A stretch of DNA of 64,000 bases from the human T2T-CHM13v2.0 reference genome, Homo sapiens. The translations under genes were made by a program, and so were the position numbers. Numbering within the stretch: the stretch's first letter is position 1; each line of letters begins with the position of its first letter. The notes beneath the pieces are model-generated. The model made no database searches and was not told the DNA's origin. It worked only from the letters and a program-made list of their open reading frames with translations. Below, piece after piece: positions 51,231 through 64,000 of this stretch. The stretch is from NCBI RefSeq assembly GCF_009914755.1, contig NC_060939.1. One strand, 5' to 3'.

Positions 51231-54200
51231 AATTTAGTATGGTATTTTGTTCTCCAACTCAGTATATTAGAATAAAAAATTTTGAAGGATTTAACAAATA
51301 TTGATTGGTTCTGGACATGGTTTGTTAAGTCAGTTTCATCAACTGATATTTATCTGGATAGAGCACATTTCTTTTTTTTTCTAAGATGCCAATAAAGGAC
51401 GTTTACTGCAGGTTTAATGCAAATTACACAATGTGAGGGGTAAAGTGTACAACACATAAAGCCCCCAGCATCAAACAAACAAGCAAGACAAAACACCAGC
51501 ATGACACATTTGCTCTAAATTCACAGTAAAAAAGCAAATTATGGAAATGATGCAGGAGAGAATAAACACTGGCATATTTTCTTCTTCCTTAAAGAAAGTC
51601 ACATCAGTCATTAATATTTATTCCCCTGTGAAGTTCTTTGTTCTAATTTCCATTACCCAAAAGGGAAGTTCTGTCCTTGAGGACACCTAAAATGATGCTA
51701 TTACGTGGCGGCATCAACAGCATTCTCAGCATTGGAGGCCAAGCAAGTCATTCTCTGTACAAAGTTGTTGCTCCATAAATAGTGTAACAATAGGATCATT
51801 TCACCATTACCAGGGCTCTTGCAAGCGTCCCTACATGCCTTGTTCAGTGAGTTCCTGAGGTCAGTAGAGTCATAGCTGAAGAGGGCACGGACACTTCTAA
51901 GTAGTAAGGCACAACAGTATGGGAGAAGTTTCCAGCAGTGGAACCTTTCTGTAGTTCACACAACACTTCAGATGAACTAGATATAGTTTCCCAGAAGAAA
52001 TCAAAGTTCAATTCTGATAGCTTTATCTTACTTAAGCAGTACTTTTCAGGGCTGCTTCAACTCTTAAACTCCGAAAACCTAAGGAGGAGAAAAATGACTC
52101 TCATTTCTAGGATTTGAGATTCTAACCTCTATTCACTTGGCGGATGGATACTGAAACCTGCTAGGTGTCAGGCTTTGCGTGCTTCCTGTCTCTGAGTTGG
52201 CCTGATGGCTTTAGTAAGAGTAAGTTGGGAGCTGTAGCACATACGTTTGCTTAACTTTATCATTTTCCTTTTTTAAATTGTAGATTCTACACATTGCCTC
52301 TTTTAACTATTTTTACTTTAGAAAACCAAAATACCTGAGGCTTTAAGGAGTTTCAAATGCCTGATAAAGACATAGTGGGGTAATCTACAAAATAATCAAA
52401 ATGAATGAATAGCATTAGGTACTAAAATCAAATAATCTAGTGACTCAAACTTCTGTGACTAATCTTGTGTCCAAACAGTTAATGAAAGAAATAACCTCCC
52501 ATAGAGCTTTTTGAATCTGTAATTCAGTGGTACTCCTAGTTCTAATAAGAAGCTGAGGTTTAGTAATGTACAGATAATCTTTATCAGAAGGTATGTTGAT
52601 ACTTGAAATGGAGATTGACTATTGATGGACTTGCTTCAGTTGATCCGGCATCAATCATTCTTGGAAAAATAGCCACACATGTTACTTGGATAGAAGCAAG
52701 AAAATTTCCAACCCTGAATGCTTTCATAGGCTAAAAATAAAATATAGATCCAGAATCGCAAAAACAAATAAATCAACAAACAACCCCAAACTCCATTTCA
52801 GGTGGAATTCGAAACCACAGACTTAATGTAGATGACCTTGTCTCACAGTAACTGACATTCCAGAGCACTCTATAGTGCTACTTTTGGTTGAGCAGTTTGC
52901 TCAGGCAAGGCTTTCTGGCAATTTGCACAGGAAAACTGTACTAAAAATTTCTCTGAACTGTAAAATATTTGTTTTATGCAAATGTTGAAAGAATCCTGAG
53001 ACCAAAAGAAAAGGAGGGGGAGTAGAGAGAAGAAGAAAACAAATGTAGAAGTCTTAAGTTCTGACCATCAGACAGATTTCCCAATGGCTTCTTACATCTT
53101 TTACTGCTGTATTTTTAAAATCTACAAGGAAAGAAAAAGAAAATTGTTGAGCATCTGAATATTATTAAAACAGAAAGACCACACAGACATTTAAATGATC
53201 CCTAAATGGCCTTGTCTCCTTCAATTCATCATTCTTTGGCATGTTTTTGACCCCTTTGTTTTTATTGTTAGGAGAAAAACAGGAGGAAAAACATTTTTTT
53301 TTTTAAGAAGGAAAAATAAAGTTTTCTGTGTCAGGCCTATAATCACCTTCTACAGTTACCGTGGCATCTTTGCTTAACATTTTAAGACCATGTACATTTG
53401 TAGTGCTAAATCTATTAATTTGCATAATTTAAAGCCTTATTTCATGGAACTTTGGGATTCTGGAAAGAACTTGCTTCTTTCTACCTCCTTTCTGTAGACT
53501 TTCTCTGAGCTTCCTATCTTCTTGTAACCCCAACAACTGGCTTGACTAATTTTCTGTTTGAGATCAGAAAATAGTTTGCAGTTGAGTAAACACAGTCTGA
53601 ATCATCTCATGGGTGAGGTTTAAACAATAGGATGAGAAGGTTCAGCCAATTGTGAGTTTTATTTACACATCTGATATTCATGGGCCTAAGGAGCAGCAGA
53701 AGAACTGAACACTCACCTCTACCAGCAGGGGCAAAAAAGGAGTTTCTCTTCTTACAGTAGCTTTGTAGGGTATTGTTAGGCATCATGGAGAAAATGATGA
53801 GAGAGTTTGACTCTTTTAGCAAGTGTGGATCCAAGGGAAATTATTTTTAAATTTTTGTAAAACTGAACCTTGAGATCTTTGTGTTAGAAAACCTTGATTT
53901 ATAAATTGGCATTGGTTAAAGATCTTGGAACCCAAAAAGCTATTCCTTAAGAATGAGACCTAGTAAACCAAGAATTCCTAACTGATAAAAAAAAATTGAC
54001 AGCAAGAAAGAAAAAAAAAGGGAATGTGTAAACATACTATTCTAAACCTAAAAGCACAAAATTTTGTGCCTTTCTTCTAATTTTCATTTTCCCCTTAAAG
54101 AAGAAAAAGCCAGATATATTTTCTTTAAACATGTTTTTACAGCTATTTATTAGGTTGAATGTTCTTCTACATAAGCTTAACCCTGTTGCTGATAGAAATT

Positions 54201-55555
54201 TCAAAAATAAAGTAAAAGTTATGAAAAATGCATCCTCTAATCTTGTCTGCCTTCTATGTGAGCAGAGGGAAAAAAATGTACTCCCAATATTTAACTTTTG
54301 TTCATTAATCAAATGTCTGTATGACTGAAACATGAGGCATCACTACCAGAGATAGGAGAATCTGTTCTTGAGATGGTTGCAATTATTGGCTTTGGATACA
54401 GAGTATTGAGTTTAAAGTAATGGTGTTGGCATATCTTCGTGGAAATATCCAGCAGAGAGAAAGAAATTCCAAACTGGGTCTTGGGATATTCAGGACTGAA
54501 GATATTGATTTGATGTCATCCACCCATCCAAGTGTAGAGGAGAGGATAGAGAGAAGGAAAAGCAGAAGCTCAAGATATAAAGCAAGTAAAGCACCCACAG
54601 TCATAGGCAGAAGAAATGAAAAATCAGAAGAGGCATGATTTCAAAAAGAGAATTGAGAATTGTAGAAGCCAAGAGGAAAATATTTTAATAAGGTGGGTTT
54701 CAAGAATGACAAATAGTGTAAAGAGGGCAAGAAGAACAAAGACTGAGAAAAAGATGAGGAGAGTGTCATTGGTGACCATTCAATGGATGCTGAATGATCT
54801 AATAAGGGTTGAAAACCTATTTTTGAATCTGTTCCATTTAGAGAATAGAATTATTCTTAGGGCTGTCCTCATGTGATTCCCTGATACTTGAGTTACATAG
54901 GAGGCCCTGATGTAAGGATGTAGTTGTGCAAAGGCATGCTATCTATAAATCATGAATGTAAGCTCTTCAGTTTACCATCGGAGGAGAGAGATGAGAGATG
55001 AGAGACCACTTCACCAAACAAGGGCAACTCATAAGTTAATATTAGGAGACCAGTGTGTGAATAAATACTTCATTACTGCTTATGATATATAAAGATAATC
55101 TGTGTCAACAAATAGTAACATTCTTTGTCTAATTTTATTTAAGTTCACTAAGGCATTTTGTGAAATTGAGGACCCATTTATGCCAATGGGCCACAATTTT
55201 TCAGGGCCACAATTATTTATACATGGATAAGTGAAACTTACAATTATAGAAATGCTATTTCTGATCTCTAAAATAGCCATGGAGTGTACATGGTTTTCTA
55301 TTCCTAGTTAGAGGCATTTTTTTCTACCAGCTCTTAGTACACACTTACTATCTACAATATGATAGCAACAGTGAGAGTTTATCCTATTTTTACAGAACCA
55401 GGCATAGCAAACTTAAAAGTATTGCCCAAGATCACCCAATAAAGAGGAATAAATGACATACAAATATGTACAAGGAATATAGCTGCAGATAAATGGGGAT
55501 GACTCTCTTAATCCAGACAAGAACAGCTTCTCAGAGTTGGTGACATTTGAGCTGA

Positions 55556-55856
<301 letters not shown>

Positions 55857-56210
55857 TTGAACTGGGTTTTGAAGGACAATGAAGGGCATCTGTAATTAAT
55901 AGAGGGTAGAGATGGCATTGTTGTACAAAGGCAGAAACTCATTCCACCACCAAGATGGACTCTTGTTGGGCTCTAACATGAGGAACTTGGTATAGGATGT
56001 AGGGATAGAATATCACTTGCCTGAGGGCTTTCCTGCTTGGAACCAAATGTGAGAAAACAAGAGGAAAGCTTTAAAGAGAAACTAGGTAAAAAGCTAAGTA
56101 GGTCATGGAACTCTACTTAGAACCAAAGGAATTTGACAGAGAAGGAAAATGTAGGTATAACATGATGACAGTTATGGAACCTAGATAAGAGGCACTCCTG
56201 GATAATTCCC

Positions 56211-56300
56211 TGAATAACACCCAAAGCATCCATAAAGACCCCATACAGCTATTTAGGATGTGCTGCATGGGGTCCTTATAGATGCTTTGAGTGTTACTCA
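56211..56300 (-). repeat. 39-bp inverted repeat with 12-nt loop
   Basis: Arms 56211-56249 and 56262-56300: 34 Watson-Crick pairs, 5 A-C mismatches on +, no indels. Confidence 0.9.
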
Positions 56301-56409
56301 AATAGTAGCTGTGAAGGCACTGACTCCGTCTGAATAGGGACAGAGGCATGAAACGCCTTGGAAAGTTCAAGATACCTCACTATTGGAGGATAAAGAAAAA
56401 CTAGAACAC

Positions 56410-56960
56410 AGTTTCAAAGGGCTAGATCATAAAGGGCCTTAGGTGCCATGCTGGGGAGCTTGAACTTTCATATATAAGAATTTAAATGCCACTGGGAGAT
56501 GGGGTTAAGAAAGGGAATTATAAGATTATGACTTAGAAATTTCGCTTTTATGGCTTGGTGAAGGAAGAATAGATAGGATGGGTAAAGAGACTAGAAGTGG
56601 TTGAGACTAGTTTTAAGGTAATTGCACTTGTCCAGAGGATAGGTAATATGGGCCTGAAATAAGGCAATGGTTGTGGCAATGGTGATAGAGAAGAGAGATT
56701 GTATTTCAGAGATATTTAGAATATCATACATAAAGCCAAGGCTGGTTGATAGGTATGGAGAATCAGGGAAATGTAGGAGTTGGAAAGTCCTCTTGGCTTC
56801 CTGGTTTAGGTATGTGATGATGCCACTAACTGAAGTAGAAACTCTATGAGGAAGAATTTGTCTTGAAGAGAAGATACTAGGTATGTTGAGGTTGAAGTAT
56901 CTATGACATCCTAGTAAAGATGACTTACGTGCAGTCTGATATATAAGTCCTGAGTCCCTA
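56410..56960 (-). mobile_element. L2 fragment
   Basis: agatcataaagggccttaggtgccatgc...gagcttgaacttt, tgatgccactaactgaag, atgttgaggttgaagtatcta. Confidence 0.65.
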
Positions 56961-58395
56961 AAATAAAAAGTCACTAACTCTCTCCAAGTATAATAATATA
57001 GTATCTTAATATAAACCCATGTGTTGGTATTAGAAGTACTGTTTTGAGTAGCTTCACATGCTTATCATTCTGTATGGGTACAGCTCGTACTCGGAGAGAG
57101 ATGCCCCGATATAATCTACAAACTCTGCCAAACACTTAGAAGTGTTTGTCTGCTTTGGTTTTCTGACTTCCTGACTTGTGAACTTCTGGGAGAAATTAAG
57201 GGAGAATTCACTATGCTCTAGGACAATGGGAAAACTATTGAATGAGTGTTACATCATGGAAACTTAGAAAACTGTATGCACATTGAAGAGTTAAGAGTCA
57301 GAGAATGAATTCAGAGACAGACATTCCCAGAGGAACTATTGCACATGAAACAACACTTATTCGAATATAAAACAATTTGCCTTTCCCTGTCCCATCCCCT
57401 AGTTTCATGACAGGACAAAATGTCAAGACTTACTTTACCTATTTGTTGAGAAATTGTTTTATTTCTTTCCTCTCCTGAGACAAGAATATTAAGGAATGGA
57501 ATTCGACAACCAACAAAGTTTTGAAACCTGCTTCAAAAATTTGTTTTATCTTGTACCCTATTCCAAACCTTGGCAAGTGAGAAAAAATAAAACTAACAAT
57601 AAGCAACAGACAAAAAGCACTTGCAAAATGATACATCATAGACTGAGTTGCCTCTCTTAAATATTTCTGAATAATTCCAACTGACAGCAATGAAAGTTGA
57701 CTCTGAGGGTTTGGGCAGAAGTTTGGCTGAGTTTAGTTCTCTTAAGTAGATATTACTTTCATTGCTTTGTCTTAAATGAATTAAAGTGAAATCTTCTAGA
57801 TGCTTACTTATTTGACATTTCTGTCACAATGATCCTAACTCAGTGACCTCTGGATTATGACTGTTGTTCAAAACATGCTCAACAAAATGCAAAAGGTCTT
57901 TTACCTTTGCAGTGGATTTGAGGGACAAAAAGGAGAAAAGAACTGCAGATTTCCAAACTTATATAAAAAACTCAGGGTAGTACAGGTCTCGGTGATTTGC
58001 CCCATGTTGGGGTCTGACTTAAGGGAATTTGGGTAGTAGGCAGAAGGACCGTGAGTACACATGTCCTGCCTCCTTCTGTGGTGTGCCACTGCTTTCAGCT
58101 TACACAGCCAGGATCCCAAGAAGCTTTAGGCCAGCATTGACACTGACACTTAGCCCACTTTCTAGAGCTCTAGAAATAATCAGCTACAGTCAACAATTAT
58201 CTTTTGTGATTCAGGTCTAGGCAAAGTAATGAGCAGAAGGATCTGAAACTCAACATACCTAAAACTGAACTCATTAGCTCCACACTTGTCTGAAAGACAT
58301 CTGTTGCTCCTTCTGTGTTCCCAGTCTCCATAAATGGGATGCCATTCACCTATTTACCCAAGTCAAAGGATGAACTCCTACTCTGGAATACAAAA

Positions 58396-58660
58396 AGGCA
58401 GTGTGGTATAGTGGTTAAGAGGAAGGAGGCTAGAGCCAAACTGCCTAGGTTCAAATTTTAGCCTTATCATTCATGAGCTTTGTTAACTTAAGCAAAAGTC
58501 TTGGCGTTTGTTACTTGGTCTCCTCATCCATAAAGTGAGGATGATTATAATACTACTTACCCTCATAGCGATGTTATAAGTTATACAGGATGAGTTAATA
58601 TTTATAAAGTGCTTAGATCATGGCTTGACACATTAGCACTATGTAAATTCTCGTTAAATA
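58396..58660 (+). mobile_element. MIR, near full length
   Basis: ggcagtgtggtatagtggttaagag...ctgcctaggttcaaat...cctcatccataaagtgaggatgattataatactacttaccctcatag...aaagtgcttag. Confidence 0.82.
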
Positions 58661-59437
58661 AATTCAATTGTGTGTCATCCTCAGATCCTTACCGATCACT
58701 TGGACTCTTTGTATAACAGTCTTCCAAATCATTCCTATTTGAAGCTGCCCAAGCTATTCAGTTTCCAATACCAAGTTCAAGCATTCATTGATCCACTGGA
58801 CCATTCTCCTTATCTAACATAGGCACAGTTAGATATTCCCTTCTCTATGCTCTCATAGTACTTAGCACATCATCTATCAGCACATTGTATTACAAATATC
58901 TGTCTGTGCTTATCTCCTCTACCAGGCTGGAGTTTCCACGGATATCCCCAGTACCAAATTCAGGGCATGTCATATATTTGGAGATAAAACACAAATAAAG
59001 CACAAAAAATTTACCTTTGTCTCTCTAAAGAGTAAGAATGTAGTATTATGTATTTCGGAAATGTATGGTGAACACATGCAGAAATGTATTTCATATGTTA
59101 AGGCTGAAGTCAAAACTCTTTATGAGGTTAAAGTGAGCTGGTTAAATAAGATTTAACAAATGATCAACTAATAGTTTGTTTATAATTAGTGTTTTCCCTT
59201 CTGAGTAGCAGATAAAGACCTTAACACTTATTTTTATGAAATATTTGAACTGTGGCTTGCCAATGCTTATTCTTACACTGTACCTGGCATGTACTTCACT
59301 TGATTCTACATGCAGAGTCATGTAGAAGTTTCTATCAAATATAATAATTATACCAATATTAGTTATAAAGAGTTAATTCAAGCCTAAAGCTCCTCAGAGG
59401 AATGCTCTCACTATTATGAAAGAGCAGTGAAAGTATT

Positions 59438-60938
59438 AAAATGGAACAGAATAGAGAATTCAGAAATAACTCCACATATTTACAGTCAACTGACTTTTTT
59501 ACAAAGGTGCCAAGAACATACAATGGGGAAAGGACACCTTCATTAAATGGTTCTGGGAAAATAAAATATCTGTATTCAGAATAATGAAACTAATTCCCTG
59601 TCTCCCACCATTAAAAAAAAAAAAACTCAAAATGGATTAAAGACTTAAATGTATAGACCTGAAGCCATAAAAGTCCTAGAAGAAAACATAAGGGAAACAC
59701 TCCAGGACATTGATCTAGGCAAAGATTTTATGGCTAAGACTACAGAAGCACAAGCAACAACAACAACAAAATAGACAAATGGGACTACATTAAATTGAAA
59801 AGCTCTGCACAGCAAAGAAAACAACAAACAGAGTGAAGAGACAATCTGTAAAATGAGATAAAATATTTGCAAACTATCCAACAAGGGACTAATATCCAGA
59901 ATCTACAAGGTACGCAAACAACTCAACAGCAAAAAACAAATAATCCCATTAAAAAGCGGGCAAAGAAAATGAATAGACATTTTTCAAAAGAAGACGTATA
60001 AATGGCCAACAGGTATATGACAAAATGCTCAACCTCACTAATCATCAGGGTAATGCAAATCAAAACCACAATGAGTTACCATTTTACTGCAGTTAGAATG
60101 GCTGTTATTAAAAAGACAAAAAATAACAGACGCTGGTAAGGATACAAAGAAAAGAGAACTTTTCTATGCTTTTAGTGGAATGCAAATTAGTTCAAGCATT
60201 AGGAAAAACAGTATAACAATTACTCAAAAAACTAACCATGGAACTGCCATGCGATCCAGCAATCCCACTCCTGGATATTTATCCAAGAGAAAGAAAAACG
60301 TATATCAAAGGCAAACCTGCACACCATGTTTATTACATCACTGTTCACAATTCCAGAAATAAGGAATCAAATTTAATGTCCATCAACAGATGAATGAATA
60401 AAGAAAATGTGGCATATATAATATACATAAGAGAATACTATTCACCATAAAAACGAATGAAATCCTGTCATTTGCAGCAACATGGATGGAACTGGAAGTC
60501 ATTATGTTAAGTGAATAAGCCAGACACAGAAACAAATATCACGTGTTCTCACTCATATAGGAGCTTAAAAAGGTGATCTCATGGGGGTGGAGAGTAGAAT
60601 GGTACATACCATAGGCTTGGAAGGGTGCCTGTGGGGTGAGGGGAATAAAGAGAGGTAGGTTAATGGGTACAACCATGCAGTCATGTAGAAGAAATAAGTT
60701 CTAATGTTTGGTCACACAGTAAGGTAACTATAGTTAGCAACAATGTATTGCATGTTTCACAATAACTAGAAGAGAGGATTTAAAGTGTTCCCAACACAAA
60801 GAAATGATAAATGCTCAAGGTGATGGATATCCTAAATACTCTGACTTGATCGTTTCCCATTCTATGCACTTATCAAAATTCACATGTGCCCCATAAAAAC
60901 GTACAAGTATTATGTATCAATTTAAAATTTTTAAAAAT
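59438..60938 (+). mobile_element. L1MA 3' portion
   Basis: aatggaacagaatagagaattcagaaataa (ORF2 end), aaatggattaaagacttaaatgta, and an L1MA-type 3'UTR ending cccataaaaacgtacaagtattatgtatcaatt. Confidence 0.85.
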
Positions 60939-63137
60939 AGGAATAAGGGTGCCAAATATTTTTAAAACTAGATTTGTTATTCCTTGGTTAAAGGCATTCT
61001 TTTCCAAGGACTCAGAATGGCCTGTCCCTCTATCTTCAAGGAGAGAATTAGGACTGATAATTCATAAGTAACCTATCAATCCTGCCATGTGACGTTGCTA
61101 AGCAAAAAGCCATAACTGTAACACTAGTGCATATGTATAAAGTGATAATGTATACTTAGAAACATATGTATAATGTGAATGTATAACATTCACAGAGTAC
61201 TGTATAAGCTAAATTTTTAATGTTTCATTAAAAAGTCCCCTGTCCCTCTGTTGCAACTCCAGCTCTCTGATATTCAGTAATCAATTGCAACTTCATATTT
61301 TCCCTAACCCACCTGTCTTTGGACAAAATCTTCCTGCCATCCTTACAAAGTCCCTTAGATAATTAGGCTTTTCAGGAAAGACTGTTCTTTATGAAAGATA
61401 TTCATGAGGAATTGGAAAATTTCTAGTTTTCTTTTACAGGTGAAAGCATACAATTTTTAATATGCCTACTTCAAGTTTTTTTTCCCAGTGTTTTGCTCAT
61501 TCATCCATTCGTTGGTATCTAAATTCACATGTCTTCCATGTGAGTAGTTAGGAAATCTGTAACCAAAGTATCTCTTTTCCTGCATATTAGTATTATTGAA
61601 GCATACCTATTCCTCAGTCAATTAAGCTGGGATGTTTTTATTTCTTTGGAATTGATTTCAGCTCCAACAGTTATCCATTCCCTGGAATGAATAAACTATT
61701 TCAAAATAGCCAACATACTCTTTCTCCTCCCCAACTCCTCAAAACTAGTACTTCCTTTTTTATCTGTTGATACTTTCTTAAATTGTCCCAGAATATTGCT
61801 AGTTGTACCTAAATGGAACATTTCTTACTTTTCTTTCAGCCACAAACTGAAAATAAAGCATAGAGTGCCCAGTCTTAACAAATGAATCTCCCAATTTTTA
61901 TTGTCAATTAATGTATTTAGATTTTTCTTGAATATTAAAATCCAATGGATAAAAAAGTGACGTCTCCATCTTTAAGTCATAAATTGGCTATTTGGTTCAG
62001 TCAAACCTGAATAATTCCATTCAGTATTCATGTTGTAACTGACAAGATAAACACAACTATCATTTCATTCTCACTTTCCATATCATTGTTTCTCTGATGA
62101 TTCCAACAAATCCCTTATTAAAACTCATCCTTTGGCTTAAGGTAAAAATAATCATTGCATGGAGAAAGAGTTTTTAATCAATTCAAGATATAACTGGAAT
62201 AAATGCTACTGGCCTGAGTAGCCATTGTTCTTGGCAAATCCCTCTAAGCAATAAACAGTGAACACCATACACTTTTGAGAAAGTAGGAGAGGGATGGGGA
62301 TAGTCACTGTTTCATGTCACACTCCTTAATGCTCTTATGGTCCATTTACATGCAGTTGGAACTGACATGTAATATATTTGATGAATACAGAACAATCAGC
62401 AAAGAAACAACGCTGAGCTGCTGGAGACAAGTATTCGAAGTGCTTAGTTTTATAAGCTTTGCATTCAGTCGTGAAACTAATGCTTGTTGCAGAATCTACT
62501 AAAAAACACTATCAATAAGCCAATAGCAGATGATTTTGGAAGCTGTTCAAGGATTGAGCTATAGATCCACTTGGTGGAGAGAAAGGAGCAAAATATTGGA
62601 AGCTTTGAAAGCATTCGTTACTTTTCCCATACAACTTACATATTAGCAGTGAGTACCTTGTCAATTGTGTTGTCATTCAATCATTAAATAAGATTTTAAT
62701 AAGTGATAGCTTTTATAATTATGTATTTTTGATATTCCTAAAACAATGTTATATTCTCTATCATGTTAAAATTGATATTTGTGGTTCAATGAGGGTGGGA
62801 AATCCAATTCCACAACTCCAAACACTTCATGGATTTGAACTTTGGAGCCCTTAACCTTAAATTGAGAAGAATTTCTTATAGCATTGATCACCCTTCCTAT
62901 TAAAGAATTCAGACCTAAATATCTGGGCTAAACATCTTGCCAACTCATGGATAGTCAGTGTTTTAAGCCATACAGGTTAAGTGAAAAGAGAGAATGCTAT
63001 GATTGACAGTATAAGTCAGCTCTAGATTATACTCACCAAAAAAGTGTTGCTTTGGAAATACAGACCATCCCTTGACCTCTACCCAGAAAAGGAAGCAATT
63101 TTGAAGTCAAGAAAAGCTCATGGGATGCACCACATTT

Positions 63138-63345
63138 AGGGAGGCAATTCAACATAATGGCTAAGAACATAGGCTTTGGATTCAGAGACCCCAAGACAGA
63201 AGTTTTGGCTCTACTCCTTTCAAATTTGGGGAAAGTTACTCAACCTCAATTTGCACACTGTCATAAAACTAGTACCTATCTCATGGAGTTACTCAAAGGA
63301 TTAAATAGGGCAATACACATAAAGTGCTTGGCACAGAGCCTGAAT
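63138..63345 (+). mobile_element. MIR followed by a (CA)-rich repeat
   Basis: taagaacataggctttggattcagagac...aagttactcaacctc...tacctatctcatggagtt...aaagtgcttggcacagagcctg. Confidence 0.72.
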
Positions 63346-64000
63346 ATCACATTATACACACATACCCACATACACACACGCACATGCACACACACACACA
63401 GTCTTCTTTCATGGATTCTGTATTTGTAACTTTGCCTACTTACTAAAATTTATTTGTAATCACAAAATCAGTATTGGGTGATCTAAGGTAATAATCTAAT
63501 AAATGACACAGTGTAAAGAGCACTGTAGCAGAAAACATGGGTCATAATCTCCATTCTGCCACTAACTTGCTGCATGACCTTGAGCAATTTTTTTAATCCC
63601 CATGGGTCTCACTTTCCCCATTTGTAAAAATTATGAGTTTGGACCAGCTGACAAGAAGTTCTTCCAGCTCTCTATGATCATACAACGGTGAATAGAATTC
63701 ATCTCTTCTTCTTTCACAGAGGGAGAGCTGATGGAGGCCCAAAAACAGAGTTAAGGCCTGCCAGATCAGGTCTCTGACTGAAAGCAATATAGGAAACTCC
63801 TGCCAGGATCTGCCATGTGCAGCAAGATACTAAAAAGTGGAGACACCTTTATGCAAGGGTTGGATAAAATCCCAAAGAGACCAAGTTTTTTAATCTGCAT
63901 AGCTAAGGCTTTCTTATCTGGTAGACAGACCTGCATGAGAAACCAAATTGTAATGAGGATTACATAGTGTGCATAGAATTACAGCAATGGAGCAAGGGAA

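Overview
Human (primate) genomic DNA, AT-rich and repeat-dense. It holds the complete coding region of DTWD1 (tRNA-uridine aminocarboxypropyltransferase 1, acp3U synthase) on the + strand. The four coding exons are 3551-3814, 10542-10685, 12935-13193 and 21734-21981. Together they give 915 nt = 304 aa, with GT-AG junctions and the DSTW motif at aa 206-209. The window appears to start inside the first intron, since no CpG island or promoter is visible. After the stop codon there are proximal (22023), LTR-derived (29242) and distal (34497/34611) AATAAA signals, then about 29 kb of intergenic DNA made of Alu, L1, L2, MIR, MaLR/ERVL LTRs and DNA transposons. I see no second protein-coding gene and no new multi-gene system. 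The most interesting items are: a solo LTR10-like LTR in intron 2 carrying a perfect zero-spacer p53 response element and an antisense promoter layout; a 39-bp hairpin at 56211-56300 whose five mismatches all become G-U pairs on the minus strand; an L1 3' transduction with TSDs; three upstream AUGs just before the start codon; and Alu layouts favouring circularisation, exonisation and 3'UTR dsRNA. Repeat subfamily names are from recognition by eye and need RepeatMasker/Dfam confirmation. Exon and intron numbers assume a single upstream non-coding exon outside the window.
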